DNA of 64,000 bases from an uncultured Fibrobacterales bacterium (lineage in GTDB: Bacteria; Fibrobacterota; Fibrobacteria; Fibrobacterales; CAWVXU01): NCBI GenBank assembly GCA_963934255.1, contig CAWVXU010000002.1, positions 1 to 64,000 of the forward strand. The letters are read 5' to 3'. Of this stretch, positions 19,108 through 29,351 are shown piece by piece. Both the position numbers and the translations under genes were made by a program. The notes beneath the pieces were generated by a model. That model saw nothing but the letters and a program-made list of their open reading frames with translations. It was not told the origin of the DNA and did no database searches. Position 1 is the first letter of the stretch; each line of letters opens with the position of its first letter.

Positions 19108-19797
19108 ATGGCAAATTCAAAATTTCACAACAAAATAATCTCAGGTCGATCAATCGTTACGGGCATTTGTCTTTTGCTGACTGCGCATAGCTTCAGCTTT
19201 GCCTCAGACACACCAAAAGTCGCTGAACTCAATCGTCAAATTCAACTAAATAAATGGCATGGCTTTGACTACCAAGAAATGGGTTTAACTCAAAAAGAAT
19301 TTCAAAAAATAAAAGAAGTTGATATGAGTAAAGAGCTGCTCTTTCACCTACTTGAAATTGGTATCTACCCAGGTGAGTATTTCAAAGAGCCATGGATCAA
19401 ATTGGGCGTTGATGAAGAGACTTGGATTGAGGAACGTGCCGAAGGAATGTCTGATGAAGATATTGATCGATCTTTTGATCTTTCTACCAAGGGTGAGGCT
19501 TGGGCTTTTAGCAGTGCAGTGTTTCCAAGTTACTACCAGTATAAAACTGACCAGATGCATAAAGCAGTTGCCATCAATATGTGGACTCTTGGTACTTTGG
19601 GGGGCTACACTTGGATGCAGGTGGACGGAATTTCTAAAAATCGTCAAAATTTGTTGTATTTGACTTTTTTAGGAAATTTTTACAGCTTTTTGGATGGATT
19701 TTTGGACAATAAGGAGTCCACAGACCCTAATATTGGGTTATCTTTGTGGAAGCCCGGGGAATCGTCCCCTAGTGTGTCAATTTTATGGAGATTTTAG
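19108..19797 (+). CDS. Exported/membrane hypothetical protein
   Basis: Signal-like N-terminus, hydrophobic C-terminal segments; 3 nt upstream of panD. Confidence 0.65.
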   Translation: MANSKFHNKIISGRSIVTGICLLLTAHSFSFASDTPKVAELNRQIQLNKWHGFDYQEMGLTQKEFQKIKEVDMSKELLFHLLEIGIYPGEYFKEPWIKLGVDEETWIEERAEGMSDEDIDRSFDLSTKGEAWAFSSAVFPSYYQYKTDQMHKAVAINMWTLGTLGGYTWMQVDGISKNRQNLLYLTFLGNFYSFLDGFLDNKESTDPNIGLSLWKPGESSPSVSILWRF

Positions 19798-19800
19798 TCA

Positions 19801-20148
19801 ATGCAACTCACGATGTTTAAGTCAAAAATTCACCGTGCCAAAGTCACTGATGCAAACCTCAACTACGCAGGTAGTATTACCATTGACCAAGATTTGATGG
19901 AGCGTGCTGGTATGCTTCTTCACGAGCAAGTTCATGTGGTCAATATCAACAATGGCGAACGCTTTGAGACTTATATTATTCAAGGTGAGCGTGGTTCCGG
20001 GACAATGTGCCTAAATGGAGCTGCGGCAAGGTTGGCTCAGCCCGATGACTTGATTATTGTGATTACCTATGCCCAAATGGATCAAGAATTCGCCAAAACA
20101 TATGAGCCGATAGTGGTTCATGTTGATGAAAATAACAAAGCCGTCTAA
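19801..20148 (+). CDS. panD: Aspartate 1-decarboxylase
   Basis: [15 protein letters not shown] (G-S cleavage site), [15 protein letters not shown]. Confidence 0.97.
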   Translation: MQLTMFKSKIHRAKVTDANLNYAGSITIDQDLMERAGMLLHEQVHVVNINNGERFETYIIQGERGSGTMCLNGAAARLAQPDDLIIVITYAQMDQEFAKTYEPIVVHVDENNKAV

Positions 20149-20184
20149 CTGGTTTTCATACTTTAAAATGGATATATTAATTAC

Positions 20185-20733
20185 ATGCAAATGGGAAAAA
20201 ATCATCACCTCTTAAAGAGCTACATGATGACAAAGGCAACCGCCTTAGTTGGTATTCTCGGGATGTCTTATGGTTTAATATACGCCCAACAACGCCATAC
20301 TAGCAATGACCCAACTCGCACTGATATTCACCAGAGCTATTCTACGAGCTATATCAGTAAGTATCAAGGTGAACCCCATATTCACAGTGTATATCTCAAT
20401 TATTTGTCTTTTGAAATGAGTGAATCACTTTTGTTGTTCACTGAATTTGGCTTTTATACTCCTTTTCATGTTAATTTAAATTCTAGTTCAAACTCTTATC
20501 TTCATAGAGTTCAAGATCCCAGACAGCAATCCTTTGAACACGAGTCTTCCTTGATTATCCCTCAGCTTGGCCTTGAATATCAGCCAAATGAACATTTAAC
20601 TATGGTTTTGAGTTTCGTAAAATCTTTGGATTTCTATCAAGCGCATGGTGGCATTAGCACTTATCCATATCATGCACCTGCGTGGCAAAACAACTCACAT
20701 TCTGCTTCATTCTATAAAAGGGACAAAAATTGA
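20185..20733 (+). CDS. Exported hypothetical protein (start may be 20224)
   Basis: Signal-like MMTKATALVGILGMSYGLIYA; beta-strand-like LGLEYQPNEHLTMVLSF. Confidence 0.55.
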   Translation: MQMGKNHHLLKSYMMTKATALVGILGMSYGLIYAQQRHTSNDPTRTDIHQSYSTSYISKYQGEPHIHSVYLNYLSFEMSESLLLFTEFGFYTPFHVNLNSSSNSYLHRVQDPRQQSFEHESSLIIPQLGLEYQPNEHLTMVLSFVKSLDFYQAHGGISTYPYHAPAWQNNSHSASFYKRDKN

Positions 20734-21191
20734 CCCTTATAACCATACCACTAAATAAGTTACACCAAAAGTACCATGTATTTAAAACTCTCAATATTAC
20801 GTCTTTTTTCATCCTAAGCCTCCTTAGTACGTTGTTTTTAACTGCATGTTTAGAGGAAAAAAAAGTCGAAATCAAACAACCCACACTAAAGAAATACGAA
20901 CGTATCCCAGGTGAAATTCAAGTACTTAATGGTACTGATATTTTGGGTATGGCAAGTGGTGTTCGTGAGTTTTTAATGGGAAAAGGCTATGATGTCGTCG
21001 AGACAGGCAATGCCTCAGAACAAAATTATCCACAGACTTTGATTGTTTATCGCAACCCAGAATGGGACGGCAGGCAGTTTTTAGAAAAAAATTTACACAA
21101 TCCCCTCACAATGGTCTTAGAAAACGACGCAAAACTAGTGGATGTCACTATTTTTGTAGGACGGGATATACAAGAATGGTTAACAAAATGA
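20730..21191 (+). CDS. LytR C-terminal domain protein, probable lipoprotein
   Basis: IQVLNGT..GMA, GYDVVETGNA, DVTIFVGRD; LTAC lipobox. Confidence 0.8.
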   Translation: MTLITIPLNKLHQKYHVFKTLNITSFFILSLLSTLFLTACLEEKKVEIKQPTLKKYERIPGEIQVLNGTDILGMASGVREFLMGKGYDVVETGNASEQNYPQTLIVYRNPEWDGRQFLEKNLHNPLTMVLENDAKLVDVTIFVGRDIQEWLTK

Positions 21192-21604
21192 CAGATAAAG
21201 AATTTATTAGCGGCAGAGAACTTATTGACTTCTGCGCACGTGAACTATACGCCAAAAAAGCGGAAAGTGTAAAAGTACTGAACCTTATTGGCTTGAGTGA
21301 TGTAGCCGACTACTACCTAGTGGCTACTTGTTCATCAGAACCTCAAATGCGGGCGATCCTTAACAGCATGGTTCGTAATCTGAAAGGTCAAGGCGTTCGT
21401 CCTCTTGGCGTGGATTACAAAGATGGCGTTCGTTGGGCAGTTGCTGACTTTGGTGAGATCATGGTTCATCTTTTTGAAGAAGAAGAACGTATGAATTTGA
21501 ACCTTGAAAACCTTTGGGAAGACATTCAAGTTGAAGAGCTAGATCCTGCTGATTATCCAATCGAAGAAGGTGATGAAGAGGATACTGGGAATGAGTTCAT
21601 CTAG
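21188..21604 (+). CDS. rsfS: Ribosome silencing factor
   Basis: KKAESVKVL, ADYYLVAT, WAVADFGEIMVHLF, NLENLW. Confidence 0.9.
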   Translation: MTDKEFISGRELIDFCARELYAKKAESVKVLNLIGLSDVADYYLVATCSSEPQMRAILNSMVRNLKGQGVRPLGVDYKDGVRWAVADFGEIMVHLFEEEERMNLNLENLWEDIQVEELDPADYPIEEGDEEDTGNEFI

Positions 21605-23309
21605 AGACTCGCTCTTACAGACTCTTGTTGAAAAAACAGGTTTAGATTTGTCTGAGTTAGACAAATTAATGACCACTCCGCCAGACCCTATTAACGGTGA
21701 TTTTACACTTCCTTGTTTTGTGATGGCTAAAGCGATGCGCAAAGCACCTAAGATGATCGCTGAAGAGCTTGCAGCTGATTTTCCACTTCCCACAGGGATT
21801 GAAAAAGTCCTTGCAGTCAATGGCTATTTAAATTTCTTTGCTGATCGCATTGCTCAAGGCGCTGCTATCCTCAAAAGTATTGAGGTATTAGGTTCAGCTT
21901 ATGGCACTTCGGCGCCATGCGGTAAAACTGCAGTGGTTGATTACTCAAGTCCTAATACTGGGAAACAATTAGCTTTCCATCACCTGAGATCTACCATGAT
22001 TGGCAATGCGCTTGACAAATGTTATCGTGCGGCTGGTTGGCAGGTCCAATCCGTCAATCACCTCGGTGACTGGGGTACAGCATTTGGTAAATTAATCGTA
22101 ATGTATCTTCGTTCCGGTAAAACCGATTCAAACGAAGATCTAGCTACTTTGAATTTGCAAACCCTCAACGACCTGTATGTTGATTTTGCTCATGTCGCCA
22201 AAGAAGTTCCTGATCTTGATGACCAAGCTAGAGCTGCATTTGCACTGATGGAACAAGGTGACTCAGTTCACTTAAAGCTTTGGTCGGCATTTTGTGATGT
22301 GACTATTGCTGAACTCAAAAATTTATACGCCCTCATGGGTGTATCTTTTGACCACTATATCGGTGAAGCGTTTTTTAATGATCATCTTGAGCATGTCGTA
22401 GATACACTCAAGTCTAAAGATTTAATGATCAAATCTCAAGAACGTGATGTCGTCATGCTAGACGAAGAAAATATGCCACCTTGTTTGATTCGCAAATCAG
22501 ATGGTTCATCTCTTTATGCTACTCGAGACCTAGCAGCTGCCATGTATAGGCAAGACAGATGGAAATTTGACCGCTGTCTTTATGTTGTTGATAACGGTCA
22601 AGCACTTCACTTTAAGCAAGTCTTTAAAGTTTTGGAAAAAATCGGATTTGACTGGCATGACAAAATGCATCACATCCCTTTTGGTCTGATTTTACAATAC
22701 AATGAAGCTGAGCAAAAATGGTCCAAAGGATCTTCTAAATCTGGCAACTCAAATACTCTTCGTGAAGTTTTTGAAGCGGCTCGTGATAAAATCTTGCTTT
22801 TCATCGATGAGAAAAACCCTGAGCTTGAAAACAAAGAAGAGACTGCAATGCAAATTGGCATCTCTGCACTTGTTTTTAATGACCTCAAAAACCGTCGTTT
22901 GATTGATGTTAAATTTGACTGGGACGCGGCACTTTCTTTTGAAGGTGATACCGGTCCTTATGTTCAAAATGCACACGTTCGTCTTTGTTCAATCATGGAC
23001 AAAATCGGCCGTCGCGTGGATGTCAAAGATGTAGACTTCTCTCAACTCAAAGAAGAGCAAGCTCAAGACTTGATTCGCCTACTAGGTCAGCTCAATGACA
23101 AAGTTGAAGCCGTTGTAGCAACCAATGAACCTTATATGGTGACTCAGTATTGTCTTCGTATCGCAGAAGCTTCTCATCGCTTTATTCATCATTGTCGTGT
23201 ACTAGGGACCCCTGAAGAAGACGCTCGTCTTTTCTTAGTTCAGTGTGCTCAGCAAGTCATGGAAAATGCTTTGAAATTGATTGGTTTGAACCCTATTCGC
23301 AAGATGTAG
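21591..23309 (+). CDS. argS: Arginine--tRNA ligase
   Basis: VDYSSPN, HHLRST, NHLGDWGT, YATRDLA, GDTGPY, C-terminal RKM. Confidence 0.96.
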   Translation: MSSSRDSLLQTLVEKTGLDLSELDKLMTTPPDPINGDFTLPCFVMAKAMRKAPKMIAEELAADFPLPTGIEKVLAVNGYLNFFADRIAQGAAILKSIEVLGSAYGTSAPCGKTAVVDYSSPNTGKQLAFHHLRSTMIGNALDKCYRAAGWQVQSVNHLGDWGTAFGKLIVMYLRSGKTDSNEDLATLNLQTLNDLYVDFAHVAKEVPDLDDQARAAFALMEQGDSVHLKLWSAFCDVTIAELKNLYALMGVSFDHYIGEAFFNDHLEHVVDTLKSKDLMIKSQERDVVMLDEENMPPCLIRKSDGSSLYATRDLAAAMYRQDRWKFDRCLYVVDNGQALHFKQVFKVLEKIGFDWHDKMHHIPFGLILQYNEAEQKWSKGSSKSGNSNTLREVFEAARDKILLFIDEKNPELENKEETAMQIGISALVFNDLKNRRLIDVKFDWDAALSFEGDTGPYVQNAHVRLCSIMDKIGRRVDVKDVDFSQLKEEQAQDLIRLLGQLNDKVEAVVATNEPYMVTQYCLRIAEASHRFIHHCRVLGTPEEDARLFLVQCAQQVMENALKLIGLNPIRKM

Positions 23310-23345
23310 TTTCGATTTGATATTCCAAATAATTTGAATAATTTT

Positions 23346-23382
23346 AAAGCTCTATCTTCAATTTGAAGGTAGAGCTTTTTTT
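23346..23382 (+). terminator. Intrinsic terminator after argS
   Basis: AAAGCTCTATCTTCA-ATT-TGAAGGTAGAGCTTTTTTT. Confidence 0.85.
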
Positions 23383-23448
23383 GACTTATTTATGCTCATA
23401 CTAAACTATTTTTAATTCAAATTGACCAATCCGCAAAATGAGCTCATT

Positions 23449-24594
23449 ATGTCATCATCTCCAAATTCAAATAAGTCGAGTACTTCAAGTCAAACCAGTC
23501 GCCAAGATCAAATCTTAGCTTCCGTAATTGATGGAAAAAGACTCTCCACAGATGATGCTTTATACCTACTTAAAGAAGGTGAATGGACTCGCATCGTTGA
23601 GGCTGCCAACACTGTTCGCAATCAAAAACACGACCCATCAGTTGTTTCTTATACGGCATTTCGCGTGATTAATTACACGAATATTTGTGACGTTGACTGT
23701 AGCTTTTGTTCATTTAAGGACGAGGTAGATTCTAATCGCGCTTACACTCTGACTCTTGAGCAAATTCGTGAAAAAGCACTCGAAGCTAAGCGCCATGGTG
23801 CAGATCAGATTTTCTTCCAAGGTGGAGTTCATCGCGCACTTCCGATTGATTATTATACCGATGCTTTTCAAATGTTACAACATGAACTCGGTATGCATGT
23901 ACGTGCACTCTCGCCGGTTGAGCTTCAACGCATCTCTGAAGAAAAAGAAATCCCTCTGCCTGAATTAATCCGCATATTCAAAGAAGCCGGAATGGGTTCT
24001 GTCCCAGGAGCAGGCGCTGAAATTTTAACTGAGAATATGCGTCAAAAATTAAGCCCTAAAAAACTCAGCGCCAAAGAATGGTGTGATGTCATGGGCGAAT
24101 GTCACAAACAGGGTTTGCCAGGTTCTGCCAATATCGTTTTTGGCTCTGACGAGGAGCCTGAAGATGTGATTCAACATTTAGAATTCATCCGTGATCAACA
24201 AGACAAGACAGGTGGATTTACGACCTTCGTGCCTTGGACTTTCCAGCCTCAAACTAAGAAGTTTTATGTCCGTAAAGTGAAGCATACTGAATACCTCACT
24301 ATCTTAGCGTTATCTAGACTCTTTTTTGATAACATCGACAATATTGAGACCTCTGTCTTGGTACTTGGTAAGGATATTGGTGAGATGGCCCTATTTGCTG
24401 GTGCCAATGATATCAACTCGATTGTGATTGAAGAAAATGTGCTGAGGTCTAGTGGTTTGACTACTCTTCGTGCGGCTGAGAAATTTGTGCTTGAAGCCGG
24501 GTTTACTCCGAAGAGAAGAAGTCTTAATTTTGACTTTGCACCTTATGCCGACAATGAACCTTTGTTTGTACCTAAGGCGAGGTTAAAGGTTTAA
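23449..24594 (+). CDS. mqnC: Cyclic dehypoxanthinyl futalosine synthase (CofH/MqnC radical SAM)
   Basis: INYTNICDVDCSFC, QGG, PGAGAEIL, QDKTGGFTTFVPWTFQP, GANDINS..IEENV. Confidence 0.85.
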   Translation: MSSSPNSNKSSTSSQTSRQDQILASVIDGKRLSTDDALYLLKEGEWTRIVEAANTVRNQKHDPSVVSYTAFRVINYTNICDVDCSFCSFKDEVDSNRAYTLTLEQIREKALEAKRHGADQIFFQGGVHRALPIDYYTDAFQMLQHELGMHVRALSPVELQRISEEKEIPLPELIRIFKEAGMGSVPGAGAEILTENMRQKLSPKKLSAKEWCDVMGECHKQGLPGSANIVFGSDEEPEDVIQHLEFIRDQQDKTGGFTTFVPWTFQPQTKKFYVRKVKHTEYLTILALSRLFFDNIDNIETSVLVLGKDIGEMALFAGANDINSIVIEENVLRSSGLTTLRAAEKFVLEAGFTPKRRSLNFDFAPYADNEPLFVPKARLKV

Positions 24595-24614
24595 ATTGTA
24601 AACTATTAGATGAA

Positions 24615-25004
24615 ATGCTCTACACTAGTCTTAAAAATCTCCGCAGATTTTTTAATGGTCACTTTACTATTGGCTCCAATACCTTAAGCCAAGTTGATAG
24701 TGTCGTGTGGCTTATTGCGGCTGACGCTTGTAAAAATGAAGTCGCACAAAAAATCCAAGTGTCTGAAAGTTCTGTTTCCATTATCACCCCAAAATCACAA
24801 CTGGTAAACCAACCTTTCATCGAAGGCGAGCATGCGATGATTTTTGATGTTTTAGGTTAATTTTATGGTGTCGCCATTTGGCGTGGGCGGGTAGATTCCG
24901 AGTTTGGTCAGTGGGAACTACCTCTGAATTTACCTGAACATTTTTGGATGAGAAGATCTACAGGGGAAGTAGTTCAAACTTCTCTTGAATCTCGTTTAGA
25001 CTAA
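24615..25004 (+). pseudogene. Possible remnant of a secreted-protein C-terminus with internal stop
   Basis: 81-codon ORF ending MIFDVLG*, then 47 more in-frame sense codons to TAA at 25004. Confidence 0.3.
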
Positions 25005-25313
25005 TTCAGCCCCCATATTTATCATCAACAGCGTATTTATTATGATTAATTTAATCGGTAGGGTAAAAAATTGCTCTTTATAGAAAAACACTTCATAATT
25101 TACTCAACAACCACTTTGATGTACATTTCACAATATCGCGAGAATCATCATATTTTTGAGTATAACCGTAAATTAATTTGAGTTTCTTGAGGCAAAAGAA
25201 CACTTTAAGAACATCTTTTTCTTGAAATCAAAAGTATCGGTTTGCTATATATAGAGTCATTATATTTTATCACTACGTACGAGTTTTTTTTAATTCCACA
25301 TCAAGGGAATACT

Positions 25314-28300
25314 ATGAAATATTGGAAATCAGCCCTCTTTGCGACGGCACTTATAGCAGCCGGGTCTGCATTTGGTTATGTTGAAGCGGTTCAGGATTTA
25401 AATGATCCAGTTAAGGTGCCTGCGAGTATAGATATCACCAATAACACAACCGATAATTTGATCATTACTGGTGCACGCTTCGTCGCCGAACCCGCGCTTA
25501 GCTGGGGTGCTCCATTTAGTAGTGAAGGCTATAACCAAACAGTGGATGGCACTAACTACCGAGCTCAATTCCTTGCAGATAACAATGGTAGTGGTAGAGT
25601 TTTTGGCGGAGGTCAAACCAGAGGTGGAGTAGCTAATTGGTTGAATGTCCCTGTTATGGAACTTCAAGGGCTCACCCCTCTAATCGATGCTGGTGGTTGT
25701 GCAGACCCTGATAAGCCGTTAGATGCCCCGTCAATTGTCCCTAAGGATGTTGATGCTCTCATCGCCGACCCCAGGTTTTATGACGAGAATTATAAATACT
25801 TAGATACTTTAGGCTCAAATGGTGGTGAATTCTCTGCTCGATGGGTTGACACTTTTTATGGCCAAACACAAATTCAGTGGGCCATTGGTGGCACAGCACC
25901 TGCTAAAGGTTGGTCAGGTGCTTTACATGATAACACACCAGGTAATGCAGATGGCCCTTTGTACTGGATGTCTCTAGCTGGTGTTCAGGAAATATTTTCC
26001 ATGGATGCTCAATACTTGATGTCTATTGGAGCCAAAGAGACCGGAATGGGTACTACAATTAGCCCAGCCCGCAGTGACAACACCGAAGGTGCTTATGGTG
26101 CTTTTGATTTAGAAAGTTTTACTGGTGTTTCGCGCTTCTTAACTTATCCAAAATTCTACCCAAGGTATTTAGACGCAATCAAAGCAAATGCGATATTAGT
26201 ACCTAATAATTCACTTACCTTTGTGGCTCTGACCGGTGAAACATTTGCCGGAATTATGAGCAGCATCTTTGATACTGGAGACGAAAACAGTCCTGCAACA
26301 GCATACGCAGACCCTAATAGTGCAGCGATGGTTAACTCAACGGTCATGTCGGGATTACTCATCTATCAATACTACGATATGATTGGAAGTGCTTCTGATT
26401 ATTGTGGTCGCCGTGCCTTTTCTTCTGAGTCAGCTGACCCTTATCTTGGACTGTGTGCTATTGCCGGTCATTACAATCTGGGTATTAATGGTGGTGCACC
26501 TTCAGCCCTATCTAATCTGAAAACGATTGCAGATCCCAATGGATGTGACGCTGTCCCTCAAGGTCAGTCCGATTATGTAGGAACGGTAAGGTCTGTGATC
26601 GAAGCACTTACTATTGACCAACACAGATGGATGGATGGCGAGGCAGGTGTCTACATCATTGATAAAGAAATTACTATGGCTGATGTTACAACATATTTCT
26701 GGGGTGATGGCGGTAGTAAAGACGCACCTGGAACAAACGGATTGATGTTTCACTTTGAATTAGATGACGAGACAGATGATGCTTTTTGGGCAGACATTAC
26801 TACTACTTTTAACAAGCTTTCAGCTAGATCGGGTGGAAATCATATCTCATTTAGATACGATTGGATTACCGTCTTAAGAGTAGCCAAAGCATATTTTGAT
26901 ACTGAACGCATACCACCTGCTGATGAAGAAAGTAATCGATACATGTCACAACATTCACTTCTTAAGCAGTGTGACAATACAATTGCTCAAGATGAACAAT
27001 GGCCTTTCTTAACTGCTCAAGGTGAAATTAATGGTGACTTTGAAGCGACCGCAGAAGTCTATGACGCCGAGACGGGTGCATTATATTTACAGTATTCTGT
27101 AGCAAATGGTCCTTGGAAAGACGTACAGCCTGATAATAAATTTGGGAATACCACATCCTATAAATTCTCTGTGGCTGAAAGTGCTATCCCTGAGGCCGGT
27201 GCTGATGTATGGATTAGAGCAGCTGATTCATGTAAAAACGAAGTCACATACAAGCTCAGAATTGTGGGAGCTAAAGTTCCTTATTTAGACTCAGCTTGGG
27301 CATATGATGTAGATGGTGATGGATATGCAGATGCAATTGATTTCGCTGGTGCAGAACACGAAGAGCCTGGTGCGGACCTGTTTAAAACACTCACCAAGGT
27401 TGATTACCAGTGGCCAGATGCCTCTACAGCTTACTCAGCTAATGCCGGCGAAGCTAATTTGACGATATCAGAAGTTAGCGGTTCCATTAACGATGAACTA
27501 CTTTCGGGTGGTCGCGCCAGTGGAGGTGAGCTTGCAGTCACTTGGAGTCGAGGCAGACGTTTAGTTGTGATCAAAGATCGAGTGGGTCCGGCTGTTATCG
27601 GAGCCTCAATGCATGAACCGACTAATCCTGGCCAAGATGATACTTTATTTGTCACATTCACAGAAGCCGTCAAAGACTTATCTACCCTCACTTCTCCTGA
27701 AATCTTGAATATTGATGGAGCCGCAGTCAAACACAATAGTCTCTATCTTATCTCTGGATCTACTTGGGGATTTATCTATCCAACTGGTGTCATTGATTCT
27801 ACTAAGGAAGTAAATATCAATCATCTGAGTGGGTTTGAAGATCAAGCAACCAACCCACCTTTATCAAATAATATTAAGAAGCCGATTATCCTGAACAAAG
27901 GACCAGTGCCTTTGGCTGATAAGGGTCATGGTTTCTATGATTCGAATGTCGATGGTAAAATGGATCGCGTTGAAATTAAATTCACAATTCCTTTGACTCA
28001 GCCTCAAGTTGATTTGATGTCATTTAGCGTCAAGTGGCTGCAAGCTGCTGGCAAAAACATTGTAAAAACAATGACATTAAATGGTAGTGAAGGATGGGGA
28101 GTTGACCCTGTGGATCCTACTCTTGTGTTCTGGAGTATACCAGATGCTGAAGCTCTGAGATCTAATTACACTTACATCAATTCATCGTTTGCCGGCATGG
28201 GTGATGTATCTGTCAGCCAAGCCTCACTAGATGATCCAAATCAATTTGTAAGTGAAACCATTGCAGTGCCTGACAAAATGGGGCCAATCATTGTTAATAA

Positions 28301-29246
28301 AGCCGGAGCCATACTTGTTAAAACTCCTCGTCCTGATATTAAGGCAGATCTCTTACGAATTACTTTCTCCGAGCCAATTAAAGAGAAAACGTTTGATCAC
28401 TTCTTTGAATACAAAAAAGGCTCAAGTGAATATCATTGGGCCAATGCTACTACTGGAGTTCGATTCTTAGCAGGTGGGACGGCCTTGCTTGTTCCATTTA
28501 CTCCTGAACTTCTTGAGCGCCCATCTATTGGAGATTCAGTGAAAATTGAAGTCGACAATGTCTACGGGACTCTGATCCAGGATTTAGCGGGTAACTTAGC
28601 TAAGGTAAACAACCCACACCGCATCATTGATGGAAAAGTGATTGTCATCTTCTTTAGCCCTAATATTGTTGAATACAACAGCGACCTTATCTTCACAAAC
28701 ACCCCTCCCCGCTCTGATTCAAAGGGTAAATATCAATTCGGAATCAATAACTCAGGAAAAGTCCAGGCGGTGATTTTCCCATCAACTACAACAAATACAG
28801 AAATTTATGAACAATATGGTATGGGATTTGGCTTCTCAGTCAGCTTTGCCAATGACACAAATACTGTTAAGCGTAGCGATGCTATATTTAAAGTCAATGC
28901 AAATATTTACTCTAATTTAGGTCAGCATGTCGTTAACCTCAGTGATGAGATTGATTGTTTGGATGTGGCAAGTGCAGTTGATATGCAAGGAACTTCTGGT
29001 GAAAATGCTTGCGAAGATAGTGGACTTCAATCATTCTCTCCTTCAACTGAATTTAAAGTATTCTATCCTTGGAACTTCCTCACCACTGAACAACGATTTG
29101 CTGGCTCAGGTGCTTACTTTATAAAAATGGATGTCGAAGGGCCCACTATTGAGTCTGGTGAGCTAAAGAAGACCTTTGGTGTGATTCGAGGGATTCCTGG
29201 AAAAGCAACAAAAGGTCAAAAGTTTATTGATCCAAAACTCCCCTAG
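25314..29246 (+). CDS. Large secreted modular protein: lysozyme/transglycosylase-like domain, duplicated Fibrobacter-type repeats and C-terminal sorting-like domain
   Basis: Signal peptide MKYWKSALFATALIAAGSAFG; AKETG / GAYGAFD / AGHYNLG; repeats DVDGDGYAD~DSNVDGKMD, DRVGPAV~DKMGPII, TLFVTFTEAV~LLRITFSEPI; IYSNLGQHV...WN..AGSGAY. Confidence 0.65.
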   Translation: MKYWKSALFATALIAAGSAFGYVEAVQDLNDPVKVPASIDITNNTTDNLIITGARFVAEPALSWGAPFSSEGYNQTVDGTNYRAQFLADNNGSGRVFGGGQTRGGVANWLNVPVMELQGLTPLIDAGGCADPDKPLDAPSIVPKDVDALIADPRFYDENYKYLDTLGSNGGEFSARWVDTFYGQTQIQWAIGGTAPAKGWSGALHDNTPGNADGPLYWMSLAGVQEIFSMDAQYLMSIGAKETGMGTTISPARSDNTEGAYGAFDLESFTGVSRFLTYPKFYPRYLDAIKANAILVPNNSLTFVALTGETFAGIMSSIFDTGDENSPATAYADPNSAAMVNSTVMSGLLIYQYYDMIGSASDYCGRRAFSSESADPYLGLCAIAGHYNLGINGGAPSALSNLKTIADPNGCDAVPQGQSDYVGTVRSVIEALTIDQHRWMDGEAGVYIIDKEITMADVTTYFWGDGGSKDAPGTNGLMFHFELDDETDDAFWADITTTFNKLSARSGGNHISFRYDWITVLRVAKAYFDTERIPPADEESNRYMSQHSLLKQCDNTIAQDEQWPFLTAQGEINGDFEATAEVYDAETGALYLQYSVANGPWKDVQPDNKFGNTTSYKFSVAESAIPEAGADVWIRAADSCKNEVTYKLRIVGAKVPYLDSAWAYDVDGDGYADAIDFAGAEHEEPGADLFKTLTKVDYQWPDASTAYSANAGEANLTISEVSGSINDELLSGGRASGGELAVTWSRGRRLVVIKDRVGPAVIGASMHEPTNPGQDDTLFVTFTEAVKDLSTLTSPEILNIDGAAVKHNSLYLISGSTWGFIYPTGVIDSTKEVNINHLSGFEDQATNPPLSNNIKKPIILNKGPVPLADKGHGFYDSNVDGKMDRVEIKFTIPLTQPQVDLMSFSVKWLQAAGKNIVKTMTLNGSEGWGVDPVDPTLVFWSIPDAEALRSNYTYINSSFAGMGDVSVSQASLDDPNQFVSETIAVPDKMGPIIVNKAGAILVKTPRPDIKADLLRITFSEPIKEKTFDHFFEYKKGSSEYHWANATTGVRFLAGGTALLVPFTPELLERPSIGDSVKIEVDNVYGTLIQDLAGNLAKVNNPHRIIDGKVIVIFFSPNIVEYNSDLIFTNTPPRSDSKGKYQFGINNSGKVQAVIFPSTTTNTEIYEQYGMGFGFSVSFANDTNTVKRSDAIFKVNANIYSNLGQHVVNLSDEIDCLDVASAVDMQGTSGENACEDSGLQSFSPSTEFKVFYPWNFLTTEQRFAGSGAYFIKMDVEGPTIESGELKKTFGVIRGIPGKATKGQKFIDPKLP

Positions 29247-29284
29247 GGGCTACAACATTTTTTTGCATAGTTTTCTATGTAATC

Positions 29285-29321
29285 AAAAAAGGCGTGTGAT
29301 TTGATCATACGCCTTTTTTTT
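29285..29321. terminator. Bidirectional intrinsic terminator
   Basis: AAAAAAGGCGTGTGAT-TTG-ATCATACGCCTTTTTTTT between convergent ORFs. Confidence 0.85.
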
Positions 29322-29351
29322 GTTTTTGGATTAGAACTGTACTTTGTACAA

